Assembly (NCBI GenBank): GCA_032718475.1
Contig: JAUCBJ010002721.1
Location: forward strand, 1 to 64,000
Direction of reading: 5' to 3'
DNA: 64,000 nucleotides
Source of the DNA: Nemertoderma westbladi
Lineage: Eukaryota > Animalia > Xenacoelomorpha
In this document: positions 11,824-25,365 of the stretch, in pieces
How the letters are laid out: every line of letters begins with the position of its first letter
How positions within the stretch are numbered: position 1 is the stretch's first letter
The notes under the pieces: generated by a model
What the model was told of the DNA's origin: nothing
Seen by the model: only the letters and a program-made list of their open reading frames with translations
Databases searched by the model: none
Position numbers and translations under genes: made by a program

Positions 11824-14800
11824 TCAAGGTGCCCCCTCTAGTAGACAGCATTTTCCTACAGCCCTCCTGTAGGTCTTTCTGTCTTTCGCACCTATCTTTC
11901 CACCTATTCGCACTTCTACCGATCGGACTCTTCTGTCCTCATCGGAGTAGGTGCCCACAACTCTCGCCAACCGCCATTGGTTGTTGATGATAGTATCATC
12001 CGTGATGATCACGAGATCACCCTCCTTTAGCTCTCTGTTCGTGTTCCTCCACTTACTTCTTCTGTGTAGTGTGGGCAGATATTCCTCGACCCACCTCCTC
12101 CAGTATTCTGCGCTTATTGCCTTAGTGACTTTCCAACTCTGGTGGGAGTGTATGTCGTCTGGGTCTACACCCCGCATGTCGATTGTCGCCGGCCTCTCCA
12201 TTAGAAAGTGACTGGGCGTCAGCACGTCTAATGACTCAGGGTCATCATTCTCTGGATATAGCGGTCTGCTATTAATGATACCCTCACACTTTGCCAGTAC
12301 TGTCCTTAGTACGTCCTCTGTAACCATGTGGGTGTTCATCAGCTTCGTCATCAGACGTTTCGAACTACCCACTAATCTCTCGACGCATCCTAGCGTATGC
12401 GGAGCATACGGCGTCCTCCTCTCCCACTTTACTTGTCGCCTTCTCATGGCCGCCCTGACTTCCTCCCCTTCCAGGATGTCCAAGGCCTCTGCCATCTCGT
12501 TCTCCGCCCCCACAAAGTTGGTCCCGCTGTCAGAATACAGCACTGCGATTGTCCCACCTTTGCGGTCTCTTAATCTTTCTAAAGCATTGATGAATGCTGA
12601 TGCGGTTGCATCGTGGGCGAGTTCTATTCCTACCGCCCGTGTGTTGTTGCATACGAAGATGATACCGTAGCGTTTCTCCGTGTGTCGCATCACCTTAATC
12701 TTTATCGGCCCGAACATATCCACACCGCAATGCGTAAATGGCGGGTCGTGCTGTCTTACTCTACTGGCCGGTAGTGGTGCCATCTCCTGTATGGCCCATT
12801 CCTTCTTCGCTCGTCGGCAGCTCTGGCACTGCCCCACTACCGCCTTTACCTTCTTCCTCAGCTGTTTGACCCAAAAGGTCCTTCTTATCTCCGTGAGGGT
12901 TCGGTTGGTGCCCCCGTGCAATATCGATTTGTGGGAGTCCCAGATAATCTGGTGGACTATCGGCGATCCTGTGGGAATGATGATGGGCTTCGGTGGTACG
13001 ACGATACTGTTGTTGTATCCCACCCTAGAGTTCATTACTAGGATCCCGTCGTCATTAAGTTGTGGTGACAGCGTGATCAGTTCGCTGTCCCGCCGGAGAT
13101 GCTGTTGCTTACCGACGCGTTCCACCTCGTCGCCGTAGTTCTTCCTCTGCTCGTAGCGGATGACTGCCTTGGCCGCTCCTTCCAGGTCTATTGTCGTTCT
13201 AGTCTTCACGTCTTTACCAACTCCCCTGAGGAAATTCCCGAAGGCTCTCCAGTATGCCACTAACTTCTTGGTCTTGTACCAACTAGAACTGTAGCTAAGG
13301 AGTTTATCCGTCAGGTTATCGCACGGTTCTCCTGGTTTTGGTTGCACGTCCCTTATCTCCCTCACCATCTGGGAGTATATCTCCTCTCCCTCTGAGTCTC
13401 CCTCTTCTCCTTCTGACACTACTTCTCCTGAGCCCGGGTCCACCTTTCTCATCGGCGGCCAGGCCTCCCTATCGCTCAGAAACTGTGGCCTGTGTTGCCA
13501 CAATACTTCCTTCTTCAAGAAAGTGTGGCGTACCACGCCCCTCGATAACAAGTCCGCTGGGTTCTTGTCCGTTGGGCAGTAGTGCCACCTTTCCAGTTCT
13601 GTGGTCGCCCTTATTTCGTTCACTCTATTCGCGACGAATATAGGTTATCTCGTCCTTTCGTTGTGTAGCCAACCGAGCACTACCATGGAATCCGTCCAGT
13701 AATGTGTTTCCACTATGTTTGGAATAGCGTCCACTAAGTAGGCTGTGGCCCTAACTCCTAATCTCGCAGCTGTCAACTCGAGTTTCGGAACTGAAGCTGA
13801 GTCTGGTGGCGTCGACTTCGCTTTACTGAATGCGAGTCTGGGCTTGTGAGCCCCCTCTCGTTGTACTAAATAGAGTGCCGCTCCATATGCCTCTAATGAT
13901 GCATCGGAGAACATATGTAGATCCAGATTCGTCATGTCCCTATCCGGTAAATATACACGCGGCATGCTGTAAGTTCCCATCTGTTCTAAACTCTCTGTCC
14001 ACTTGTTCCACTGCTTACTAATCTCTTCTGGGACCTCTGCGTCCCACTCGTCCTTTAGTTTGTATACTCTCTTGAGTATCTGTTTCCCCGTGACTAGTAA
14101 TGGGGATGCTAGGCCTAGGGGATCGTATATCCTCGCTATATATGATACATAGCCCCTCTTTGTGTGGATACCTGCTCCCTCCTGACTCAGTTGGTATTTT
14201 AACTCGTCTGTCTCTCTGTTCCCCACGATTCCCAGTGCCTTCTGTTGAGACTCTATCCTCTTGTTCGCCATGTCCTGCCCCTTGGCTGTTGTGGGATTAT
14301 CCATGGTCGATCCTGGTCTCTCGTCTTTTATTGCCTCGATAAATTCCTTCGAACTGGATTGGAATTTGGTTAGGTTGAAGCCGGATCCTCTAAGGATGTC
14401 GCGAACCTTGCGCCCTGTGTCCAGTAGCTCCTTAACCGTATTTCCAGACTCCATCCCGTCGTCTACGTAGAAACCGCGTCGAATCATATCGACGGCTTTG
14501 GCTCTGAACTTATCTTCCTTCCCTGCTACCGTATCTCTTACGGCCATAGTCGTTGTAAACGAAGATGACTTGGCTCCCATATTCTGTACTACCATCTTAT
14601 ACATTGGTATGGTCGACAGTTCCTCATCGCCGTCGTACCATAGGAAGCGTTGGCTGTCGCTATCCTCTCCCGTTACACGGACTTGGTTGAACATGCCTTC
14701 GATGTCGCAGGTGAAAGCGTGTTTACCATTCCTGAATCTGCGTAGGACCTCGACCCCTGAGTTGTAGATGTTGGGACCCTCCAGCAGATAATCGTTTAGA

Positions 14801-17800
14801 CATTTCCCGTTGGTCTTGGCTGATGCGTCAACTACCATCTGCAGTTTACCTTTCTTCGGGTCTATAGCCACGTGGAGTGGCAGGTAATAGGTCCTGTCCG
14901 TGTTTGGCTCGTCGACCGGTAACTCCACGGCCCATCCTTTCTCGACATGCTTTCTAATTGTCTTGTGGATGTACTCATTCTTCTCGGGGCTCCGTTTTAA
15001 CGTCTGCTTTAACTTGCGAAGCCTCGTAAGTACCATCCCTTTGTTGTCGGGTAACGGTAGCTTTGGTAGCTTCCATACCATCCCTATGGTATACCGCCCC
15101 TCATCGCATGTCATCGATTCCTTTCACACTTTGTAAAGCCTGCTTATCTTCTACCGAGGTTCCGACCCCGGTCTCCTTTAATCCCTCAAAGTCCTGCCTG
15201 AGCAGTCTCCTGAGCTGCTCCTCTGCTCCCTCATCCTCCATCTCTCGCATAGTTCCCGCGAACATGCATCCTGATGTCTCCGACATCCTAAATGGTATCT
15301 TACTCTTGATTGGGCCACTCAGTGTCCACCCGAATGGTGTCAATATCGCCACCGGGTCACACTGCCTGTCTTCGCCGAAGACCGTTTGCATTCTCTCGTG
15401 GGCCGTTGGGCAGTCCATTCCTACTATGATGGATACCTTCCTAACGTCCACCTCTGGGATTGAGAAGTCGATACTGTCCAGGAATCTGTATTGTTCGACC
15501 TCGATGTTGGTTGGCCGCCTGGCGTTAATATTTATCGACTCTATCACCTGGATGGGGTCGATGGTCGCCCCATAATCGCATCCCGGTGCTACCGCTGCTA
15601 TCGCGCACCGTCCGGTTCTCATCTCCAGAACCTCATCTTTGCTGGAGATGGTTGTTACCGCCATTCTACTTGGCCTCGTTCTCAATCCTATCTCTTCGGC
15701 CACCCAATCCTCAACTAAGGTGAAGGCTGCACCACTGTCGACCAGCATCAGTGTGGTTACTGATCGGTTGCCTTCGCCGATTATCCTTACTGGTACTACC
15801 CCTAATAGTACCGTCCCTCTCTTCTTTGCTACTACGGTGCTTGTTGCCATTGTTTGTCCTTTACTCTGGCCGAACTTAATTGGCGTTTCTTTGCATTGTC
15901 TAGCTCTGTGTCCACTCATCACGCATCGCGAGCAGATGTCATTTCTCGCCGCGTATTCTACCTGATCTTCCCTGGGTAGCGCCTGCCAGTACCTGCAGTT
16001 CATGGTCTGATGAAGCGCATTTGAATGTAGCTGACATTTGCTCTTTGGATCGTAGCCATCCTTATACAGTGCATTGCGTATCGCAGATGCATTTGTACCA
16101 AAGTCCTTACTCTTATTGTTTGAATTCTGCCTACTGGGCGTACTGGGGGTATGTTTATTTGTGTTGTTATTTTTCCCCTGTCCGCTCCATGATGTCGTCT
16201 TACCCTCGGCTACCTGTGGACTTGCAGTCCCCTGCGTCGCTGCGTATGGCAGTGATTGCCTGAGCTTTGGTAATGCGTTTGATGTGTTATGTTCTGGTTT
16301 CGGCCTGTGGTAATCGGTCTTTGATCCCTTTCCCAGGCTATCCTCGCTGTAGACTGGGTCCGTTATAAGTTCAGCTTCATAGTTTAAGAAGCTTGACATC
16401 TCTTCTAAACCCGGTTCCGCACCCTTCCTATCTCGAGTGGAGAAAGCGATTTTCCTCCACTTATTGCGCAGCCACATCGGAAGTGCCTGGGCTATCGTTG
16501 TGATGTTGTTGGACGCGTTGAGTTCGTATGGCGCATCCAATGTCTTTAGCACGATTAGCGCCTTCTCGACTTTGTTAGCGAATGTCTTTATGCTAACGGG
16601 GTTATCCTGTAGGCCACCCGATGTTATACCTCTCAGGGTCTGCCGGATGATCTTGGCCGGGTGCCCGTATTCCCTGTCTAACGCCCGCCATGCCGTCGTG
16701 AAGCCACCCTCGATACCCTGGTATTGCCTCACGATGTCGTATGCTGGGCCCCCTGTATATACTTGCAGATACTTTAGGCACTCCGCCTGCGTCAAATTTT
16801 TTGTTAATATTTCGTTACTATACATGCGCCGAAACTGTAGGTATTCTTCCGGCCTACTCCCATCGAATTTGAATGGTTCCACGGGTGGTAACTCGATCCT
16901 TGTTTTTAGTGCATCGATTAACGTGGCCATCCCCACCGCTTGCGCTTCCAATGGGTTCGATGGGTGCTGCATAGGTTCTCCCGTTGGGTGCGGTCCGTTC
17001 GTCCTGTTTGCCGCTTTCCTCTGACTTGGATATATCATAGGGGGTAGCGGCCCCCTCCATATTTCTGTGTCGCATGATCTATTCTCGTCCAAGGGGTTCG
17101 ATGTTCTTACTCCTACTGGGGTATATTGTTGATATTGCGATGGGGGAATGTCACCCTGTCCCCCCCCCCCCACTGGTATATTTGGTACTGGGGTTGATGT
17201 TAATATATTGGAGCCCATGCATCTATCCGCAATAATCCCCCCTTCCCCTGGGTATATGTTATGTCCTTGCATGCTGTAGTCATACTGCTGTGCTGGTACC
17301 GGTATAGGCCTATCTACTTCTGGCCTCCTTGCCGGTATATACTCCGCGACTTCCGGGTTTAATCCCGCTGTTCGCGCTATCCTATCGCCTATATTATCTC
17401 TCTCAGCATAGCCTATGGTATGTGCAGTAAGGCCTACAGTATGTCCTGCAGTCTGTATGTGTCGCTCGGGATCGAAGTTTATCCTTCTCGAATAATCCTC
17501 CCCGCGGCCACCGCATTCTCGATCGGTAGGTATATCCCGTCGGGAAGCTTCTCTTCGACCCCCTCTACTGCTCTCGCTCTCGTGCCGGTACATCCCGTAC
17601 CCCTCTCTCTGCGCGCAATACGCCTCGTCAGGTCGCGCTCCTCCGGGGCGACGGCAATCTCCCGAAGTTCGACCCTGCTGACTCTCCGTCTCCACCTCTA
17701 CTACCGACGGCTCGCTATCCGTCCTCGCTCTCCTGTCGTTCGCGGCGACACTTCTTCTACTCTCTTCCCTTCTTCTCTCTGTAGTGCAGTATTCCCGCTC

Positions 17801-20272
17801 GTGAGATCTCTCGTCGACCTCCCGGTTAAACTCCACTGTTCTTCTTCCCTCTTCTGATCGGGCTCGACGCTTCGTCCGCCCTCTCGCGACGTCAACCTGT
17901 CTCTCTCTGCTCGATTGCACGCCGCTGGGGATACTCGCAATCCCCCTATCACTCTCCGTCGCCGGATGTTGCGGTTTACCTGTCTCGGCCCGCGCATTAT
18001 CCGTCGACGCCTGTGGGGCACTCTCTGCCCCCCCCCCCCCCCCCCTTTCGCCGCTAACTCGCTGTTGTGGGGCTCCTGTAGCCCCCCCCCCCCCCCCCCC
18101 CCCACTCGCCACATCTAACTTCGCTATCTCTCACCCCGCTACTATATCCCTCTCTAGTCGACACGTCAACCCTACTGCGGCTGGGTCTATTCACCCCCGC
18201 CTCTCCCTCTGCTATTGTGTGGCCTACCAGGCCCTCTACTTTCTGCCTACTAACTACGTGGCCTACCAGGCCCTCGCTGGGTTTACCCAACCCAACCACT
18301 CCCTGCCTACCAACCACGTGGCCTACCAGGCCCTCGCTGGGTTTACCCAACCCAACCACTCCCTGCCTACTAACTACGTGGCCTACCAGGCCCTCTCCGG
18401 GTTGGCTCAACCCCGCCACTTCCAGCCCACTAACTAAGTGGCCTACCAGGCCCTCTTCGGGTTGGCTCAACCCCGCAACTTTCTGCCTACTAGCTGTACG
18501 GCCTACCAGGCCCTCGTCTGCCGGGTTATACACGTCCGACACGTTCACGTTAATAGCACCACTAATATTGTCATCGGTTAGATCAATTAAATCCTCTAAC
18601 TCGATTAAGTTACCTTGTGCGCCCAAATTAGAAACGGAATTATTTTGCTCGTTCGAAATAAGATTATTTGAATTATTTTGTAAATTCAGATTTATATTTA
18701 AATTATTTGGATTATTTTGTAAATTCGGACCTAGATTTAAATTATTTGAATTATTCCCTACATTAATATTAGAATTACTAGGATTTAAATTACTACTGTC
18801 GGGCAAAATATTATTTCCTGCAATGAAAGTTTGATTAGAATTATCTAGTACGGTACTATTAATATCAACGTTATCTACTGTATTATTATTATTACCCCCC
18901 CCCCCCCGCCCGTACGGTTACACCAGTCTCGGGTCTGTCGTGCGGTCCCTGTAAGTGGGGTATTAATAAATGTTTCTTCGACCCTTGGCTCCTCGAAACA
19001 TCTCGAGCCAGCGTCACTCTCTGATAGCCCCAGCTGGGCCATTTTTAGTCTGCGCTTTTGTTTGGTTTGGTACTGAATGAGCCCCCCTAGGCGGGCATGT
19101 AAACCATCCCGCACACGCTTCCCCTCTGCTGCTCTCTCCCGACTCTCCCGCGCGCTCTGCTCGGCCAAATCCCTCGCTCTCTCAACTCTCTCCATTCGTT
19201 TCGCTTCCCTTGCCACCTCACGCTCTTTAAGTTCTGCCTCGCGCTCTTTTCGTTCAGCCTCGCGCTCTTTGCGTTCACACTCCTCTCTCGCCTCGCGCTC
19301 TTCTCGTTCCTTCCTCCCTATTTCCTCACACTCCCTAAAGCTTCTTGCGGCTTTCTCGGCCCTCTCTCCGGTCTCTCTAGCCAGTTCCATTTCTTTCTCT
19401 AATAGCACTCTCCCCTCCTCTAACTGTCTCTCTACTTCTCTCTGGTCTTGCGCTATTAGATCGAGATAACACGCCGCATTTATTTCTCTCACCCGTCTTT
19501 CTTTTACGGAGGATGTAGCAGACTTATCGGTTGCGACGGATTCCCTCCGCCTTCCCGTCCTACTAACCCCCCCCCCCCTTTTTTCGGAACCTTTTCCGAC
19601 CGACGAGACCGAATCCTCGGGGTTAACCTCGGATTCGCCCTCCTGCGGTTTCCTCCAACCCACTAATTTTATTCCCCGGGCATCGACTAAGTATGGCCCT
19701 ACGTACACTACGCTAGGTTCCATACCCCTACATTCCCATAGTTCGAACAGTTCGGTGGCAACCCCTCTCGCTCTCTCGCTGGCTAGTTCTCCCTGCCCAA
19801 AACGTTTTAGATAGTCAAAATGTTCGTTCGACTCACCTAGTTTTTTATTTAGGTTTACCTCGTCTATCTGGGCCCCCTCTTTGGCCTCCTTAAGTAGTTT
19901 CCGGGTCGCGTTGTAGGCCCGCCGAAGTCGATCGCTGACCCCGACGTCCTCGTTGCCGACATCTCCTCCATCTCTCCGGGTCCGGCGTCGTGCCGGCGGC
20001 CCCACCGTCGCCGTTCCGGTGGGCCGTCCGTCGCCCTCGGCCTGTGGCTGGCCGGCGACACTGGCATGTCGACCGCCGTCGTGTGTCGACTCGTCTCTCT
20101 CTCCAACTCTCCAACTCTCCTCTAGTAGACGGCTCCCCTCGCGTTGGATCACCGGGTCACCCGTTGGCGATGGGTCCGGTGTCGTGGGCCTGTACCGTCG
20201 TGTCACGGCCTCGCGGATCGTTAGATCGCCGTCCGGGGTCCGCGTCGGTGTCGTCCCTTCTACTCGGCTCAT
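11824..20272 (-). pseudogene. BEL/Pao gag-pol polyprotein, disrupted
   Basis: EVNPEDSVSS, KFDGSRPEEY (DUF1759-like), Zn knuckles CQLH..H..C and CSRC..H..C, protease LVDSGA, RT YVDDG, RNase H FSDAS, integrase H..H..CQSC, VDMFGP, SDSGTNF, VERLV. Frameshifts at ~18900, ~18090 and ~15120; in-frame TAA at 13645-13647. Confidence 0.92.
18218..18510 (-). repeat. 60-bp coding repeat inside gag (5 copies)
   Basis: EGLVGH(V/L)V(S/G)RQ(G/K)V(V/A)GL 20-aa units. Confidence 0.85.
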
Positions 20273-20389
20273 TGTAGCTAGTTACTCTCGTAGCGTAGTC
20301 AGGCAGTAGTTGATCTAGTTACTGTGACGGGATCTGCGGAAGATCCCGGTTTATCCGGGTTTTGGTTCCTAGTCTACGCGTCCCCACCG

Positions 20390-20895
20390 TGTGTGAAAGA
20401 TGTAAAGAGTTCTAGGTTGTTGATCGGTCGATATATATATAAGCTCGGGATATATGATATAATAGAGATAAAGCACAAAGTTGTAATGTACCGGTATGTG
20501 ATATGTACTGATGACAGTAGGCGGAGACGGTAACTAGAGTTCCGCTACTGTCCTAACTAGCTGACTTACTACAAGTGAATGAATATTGCATGGACCGGTA
20601 ATATATATTGCACAGTTGGCCATATTGCTCTACCCAGTCGATGCTTCCCCCCTATTGGCTAATACCCTCGTTGTCGCCCTTTCACCTTCCCTGGTGTGTT
20701 TCCCATTGCCCCTGTTGTTCTCTCTCTCTCTCAGGGGTGTAACCTCTGACCCCTTTGTGCGTACGTCCTCTGGGGTTCCCTTGTCCCCACTTTATTGGGG
20801 TGGTACGAGGTTGATATTGGGTATCAACCTCGTGTTCCCAATATTGGTTAAAGCTCACTTTATGGGGCTGGTTAGCGGAATTGAATACGCTAACA
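20390..20895 (-). repeat. Putative 5' LTR of the BEL element
   Basis: Starts TGTTAGCG at the RTE junction and ends ...TTCACACA, followed by a possible degenerate PBS (cggtggggacgcg); inner boundary uncertain because there is no second LTR to compare. Confidence 0.55.
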
Positions 20896-21148
20896 ACATT
20901 GCTTTCGCCGTGAGGACCAGCCGGTGCATAATCTTGTACTTTGGAAGCCTCATGGAGCGAATAAGCATGGTGGACAGCCCATGACTTTCTTGAGACGCAT
21001 CTTAAAGGACACTGGCCTTGAAGATGCTGATGATCTAGCAAATGTCATGGGTGATAGGGAGTTGTGGCGGTGCAATTTTGTCGATAAGCCGGCACAGCAT
21101 TCTTAAAAATGCAGCTGCAATGCAGCATGCCGATCCTAGTAGTAGTAG
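20896..21148 (+). mobile_element. RTE family 2, 3' end
   Basis: HCFRREDQPVHNLVLWKPHG...DRELWR C-terminus; (TAG)4 tail; likely TSD gcaaacat shared with 7853-7860. Confidence 0.85.
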
Positions 21149-21620
21149 GCAAACATTCCCATCACTGGTAAACATTCCCCAAGGACCACTGGTAAACATT
21201 CCCCAAGGACCACTAGCAAACATTCCCCAAGGACCACTGGTAAACATTCCCCAAGGACCACTGGCAAACATTCCCCAAGGACCACTAGCAAACATTTCCC
21301 AAGGACCACTAGCAAACATTCCCCTAGGACCACTAGCAAACATTTCCCAAGGACCACTGACAAACATCCCCCAAGCACCACTGGCAAACATTCCCATCAC
21401 TGGTAAACATTCCCCAAGGACCACTGGTAAACATTCCCCAAGGACCACTGGCAAACATTCCCCAAGGACCACTGGCAAACATTTCCCACCACTGGCAAAC
21501 ATTCCCCACCACTGGCAAACATTGCCCAAGGACCACTGACAAACATCCCCCAAGCACCACTGGCAAACATTCCCCAAGGACCACTGGCAAACATTCCCCA
21601 CGCACCACTGGCAAACATTT
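21149..21620. repeat. ~24-bp minisatellite (right part)
   Basis: Same unit as 7678-7860. Confidence 0.9.
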
Positions 21621-21728
21621 GCAAAGAACAAGACCTTACATCACTTTGCATCAATAATTACTGCTTTATCTGAACGCCATTGTCTCTATTGAGGGACTGT
21701 AAAACTATCTTAATGACGAGGGTTTTAC

Positions 21729-21948
21729 GGGTCAGAGTAAAACGCGGATCCGGATCCGGATTCCACATTTCACATTGTCCCTACGGAAGTCGATTTTTTT
21801 TACATTTTTATAACTCCCAAAAATAAAACTGTAACCTGTTCTATTGACTTTAGTTTATTGTATTGGTTAAAATAACATGCCACTGTAACCTGCTCCTTTC
21901 CCTTAATTGAAAAATTTTGGAATCCGGATCCGCGTTTTACACCTACCC
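21729..21948. mobile_element. Mutator-like MITE, copy 2
   Basis: Same TIRs as 6867-7025; 9-bp TSD gggttttac (21720-21728, 21949-21957). Confidence 0.8.
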
Positions 21949-22322
21949 GGGTTTTACGGCCTTTAGTATATTTAAGCACATTGTATGTAGCAATGGCAAT
22001 ATTTGTGAAAAGTGTACGAAAAAGAAAATGTATGTGACCTCCATTCATGGTTGGCCCAAAGTGTGTAAAAATTGTGTCATTATTATCTCTAATGTCTATT
22101 GTCAAACTCTATGTAAATAATTTAGTTTTCAAAAATAAAATATTAAATAAAAAGTATTCAAGTTTCGATGAGATCTGAATGAGAATTTTCGATGGTATCA
22201 ATAAATAGATTTCATTTAAAAGATTACATTTTTCATTCCATTTATATATCCTTTACCTCTACAACAACTACACCCTATATTTTGTGGTATTTAATGTCGC
22301 CTGCCTTTATACCCTGTTGCAG

Positions 22323-22902
22323 ACTGAAGAAGGACGTGTTACCGTTGGTGCAGACTTTGTGTCAGGACATTGACTACGAGGTCCGCGGCTGTATGTGTCT
22401 GCTGTTGGATCGATTCTGTAAGGCATTATCAGGGGACCAGCACACAAACAAGGTGATCCTAGACGAACTCACCGAGCTCGCCGGTGACGAGGAGAGTTCA
22501 GTTCGACTCGCGAGCATCGAGACCATCGTCAACATGTTGGACGTTCTAGACGACGACGTCTGTGTATCAGTCATCGTTCCCTTGGTAACCACCTTCATAA
22601 AGTCTAAGTTGGGGCTTGAGGACTGGACTACCTCCGAGTTCGCCTTCCATTTCGGACCGCTCTGCCACAAACTCTCCCCCCATCTGGACGACTCGGGTAA
22701 GGAGGAGTTCCTCGCTACGTTCCGTCGTCTCGCCTTGGTGGGCAGCGCCCCCGGCAGTGTAGCCCCCGTACCCGGCGCCCCCCGACTCAACTCAGTCCAC
22801 AGCCCCCCCATAACCGGTCTCAAACTGCCCCCAATTGGCTTCGGCTACAATAGTGAGGATCGCAATTCCCAATGTCGCCGCAATTCGGCGTACAACTTTC
22901 CT
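22323..22902 (+). CDS. PPP4R4: PP4 regulatory subunit 4, exon
   Basis: LPLVQTLCQDIDYEVRGCMC...DEESSVRLASIETIVNML...AYNFP|gtaagt, a strong PPP4R4 signature. Confidence 0.95.
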
Positions 22903-24289
22903 GTAAGTGTTTTTAGACATTATAACTTCCCCAGGGGGCCAAACTCACAAAAAGTGGCCAAAAACGTTTCCCACACGATTCGACTTAATTTTAGAAAGAC
23001 ATTTTTTTTAGGAACCTAGTAAAGTTATATATATATTTTTGAAGATAATTTTATGGTCCAACAGATGCACAAAAAATCATACTGCCACTCCGACTTTGAA
23101 ATATTTTACAGACCTTTTAGTACTAAAAAATGCAGGTTTATTTTCAATTGTCAAAAAAAGTTCATTGCATTGTGGGGGATGTATTTTGACATCTACTGGG
23201 TGTATTTCAACAAGTTATAGCTCATTTTAAAGCTAAATAATAGAGGAATGCAATGGAATAACTCCCAAATTGTTTTATTGATATCATATTTAAATAAAAC
23301 AATAGATAATATACCCCTATTTTTGACAATTACTTGTCCCAAACGGTAACAACTGAATTCACCAATAGGTTTTTATTTGGATTCTATAACCTAAATTCTT
23401 ATTTGAAAAGAAAATCTTCAAGAAGTGGAATGTTCCAGATTTTACGAAAAAATACTAAACACAACCGGAGATATGGCTGGTTTTATACGTGCGAGTCGAT
23501 TATGTCAATTAGGATTGTCCCATGTGTAACACCAAGTGCACTGCTTTACCATGCTCTAGAATCAGTTCTAACAAACTTGATATGAAGATTCAAATATCAG
23601 AAGATAGCCAAGTTCTTGGTCTTTTGCGTGAGTAATCATTTGTGGCAACAATTGACTATGGAATAGACTTTAGTTGCTTTTACATTTATGATGTAACAAA
23701 AGTGCCTGTAAAAATGTCTGTAACAAAAGCCTGTAACACAAAAAATCCTTACAAGGCGGGACGTCCCACACGTAACATGTAAATCGAATAATTTTGGGCT
23801 ACAGAATGGGACATGTCTCACCAGTAACACTTTAGTAGTGCAGACTTCATAATATTGATAAGACTGTAGGTCATGCACACAGAACAGCAGTATTAACTGT
23901 GAATTGGTACTTACCTACCTACAGTAGTACCGGTAACAGTATCAGTGCTGCCTCTTTATTGCGTTTGATTCGAAGTTATTGGATCTACAGATCTGCGCAG
24001 TGCATAGAGTTTACTATTGACTACTAAACAAACTAATCCTAACCAGAACCAGTTATAAGCACACTGATACAGACACTATGTGACTACGGTATAGAATAGA
24101 GACCACATTTCATTACTTATTAGACATCAGCTTGCCGTTCCGGTATCAAGATACTGATAGTAAATATAAATAGGACTAATAATACTGATCTGTCTTATAT
24201 GGAATGCGGTCCATCTTAGATCTATCTTCTGCGATTGGGAGAGGGAGATTGGGAGCTCCGTGAGTGGAGCAGTTAGATGTGGGAGTGAA

Positions 24290-24690
24290 AAATATAGAGG
24301 TGCAAGGGGTGCAGTTGGAGGTGTGAGGGGAAAAGGTAGAGGTGCAAGGGGAGCAGTTGGAGGTGCGAGGGGAAAAAGTAGAGGTGCAAGAGGAGCAGTT
24401 GGAGGTGTGAGGGGAAAAGGTAGAGGTGCAAGTGGAGCAGTTGGAGGTGCGAGGGGAAAATGTAGATGTGCAAGAGGAGCAGTTTGAGGTGTGAGGGGAA
24501 AAGGTAGAGGTGCAAGAGGAGCTTTGGAGGTGTGAGGGGAAAAGGTAGAGGTGCAAGGGGAGCAATTGGAGGTGCGAGGGGAAAAGGTAGATGTGGAAGG
24601 GGAGCAGTTGGAGGAGCGAGGGGAAAAGGTAGATGTGGAAGGGGAGCAGTTGGAGGAGCGAGAGGAGTAGTTAGTGCGAGAGCAGTGGGT
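24290..24690. repeat. 42-bp purine-rich minisatellite A
   Basis: gaggtgcaaggggagcagttggaggtg(t/c)gaggggaaaaggta. Confidence 0.85.
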
Positions 24691-24711
24691 AGAGGTGCGA
24701 GAGGAGAATGG

Positions 24712-25365
24712 GAGGATCTGTGGAGGGTGTGGGAGACAGGATGAAAAGTACAGGAGGATCTGTGGAGGGTGTGGGAGACAGAGTGAGAAGTACAGGAGGA
24801 TCTGTGGAGGGTGTGGGAGACAGGGTGAAAAGTACAGGAGGCTCTGTGGAGGGTGTGGGAGACAGGGTGAGAAGTACAGGATGATCTGTGGAGGGTGTGG
24901 GGGGGGGGGGGCAGGGTGATAGTACAGGATGATCTGTGGAGGGTGTGGGAGACAGGGTGAGAAGTACAGGAGGATCTGTGGAGGGTGTGGGAGTCGGAGT
25001 GGGAAGTACAGGAGGATCTGTGGAGGGTGTGGGAGACGGAGTGGGAAGTTCAGGAGGCTCTGTGGAGGGTGTGGGAGACAGGGTGAGAAGTACAGGAGGA
25101 TCTGTGGAGGGTGTGGGAGACAGGGTGAGAAGTACAGGAGGATCTGTGGAGGGTGTGGGAGACAGGGTGAGAAGTACAGGAGGATCTGTGGAGGGTGTGG
25201 GAGACAGGGTGAGAAGTACAGGAAGATCTGTGGAGGGTGTGGGGGGGGGGAGACAGGGTGATAAGTACAGGATGATCTGTGGAGGGTGTGGGAGACAGGG
25301 TGAGAAGTACAGGAGGATCTGTGGAGGGTGTGGGAGACAGGGTGAGAAGTACAGGTGGATCTGAG
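24712..25365. repeat. 42-bp purine-rich minisatellite B
   Basis: gtacaggaggatctgtggagggtgtgggagacagggtgagaa. Confidence 0.9.

Larger units (their letters stand above)
8751..20895 (-). mobile_element. BEL/Pao LTR retrotransposon (3' LTR missing) with an extra 3' ORF
   Basis: gag-PR-RT-RH-IN order with Pao-type motifs; a TGT...ACA LTR-like segment abuts RTE sequence at 20895. Confidence 0.9.

Noticed and set aside
13624-15130. Programmed frameshift or stop read-through in pol
   Set aside because: BEL/Pao elements normally have a single gag-pol frame; the extra A near 15122 and the TAA at 13645 fall inside conserved coding sequence and look like mutations or errors
11951-20309. Many + strand ORFs over the retrotransposon
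   Set aside because: Antisense shadows of GC-rich gag-pol with no recognisable motifs
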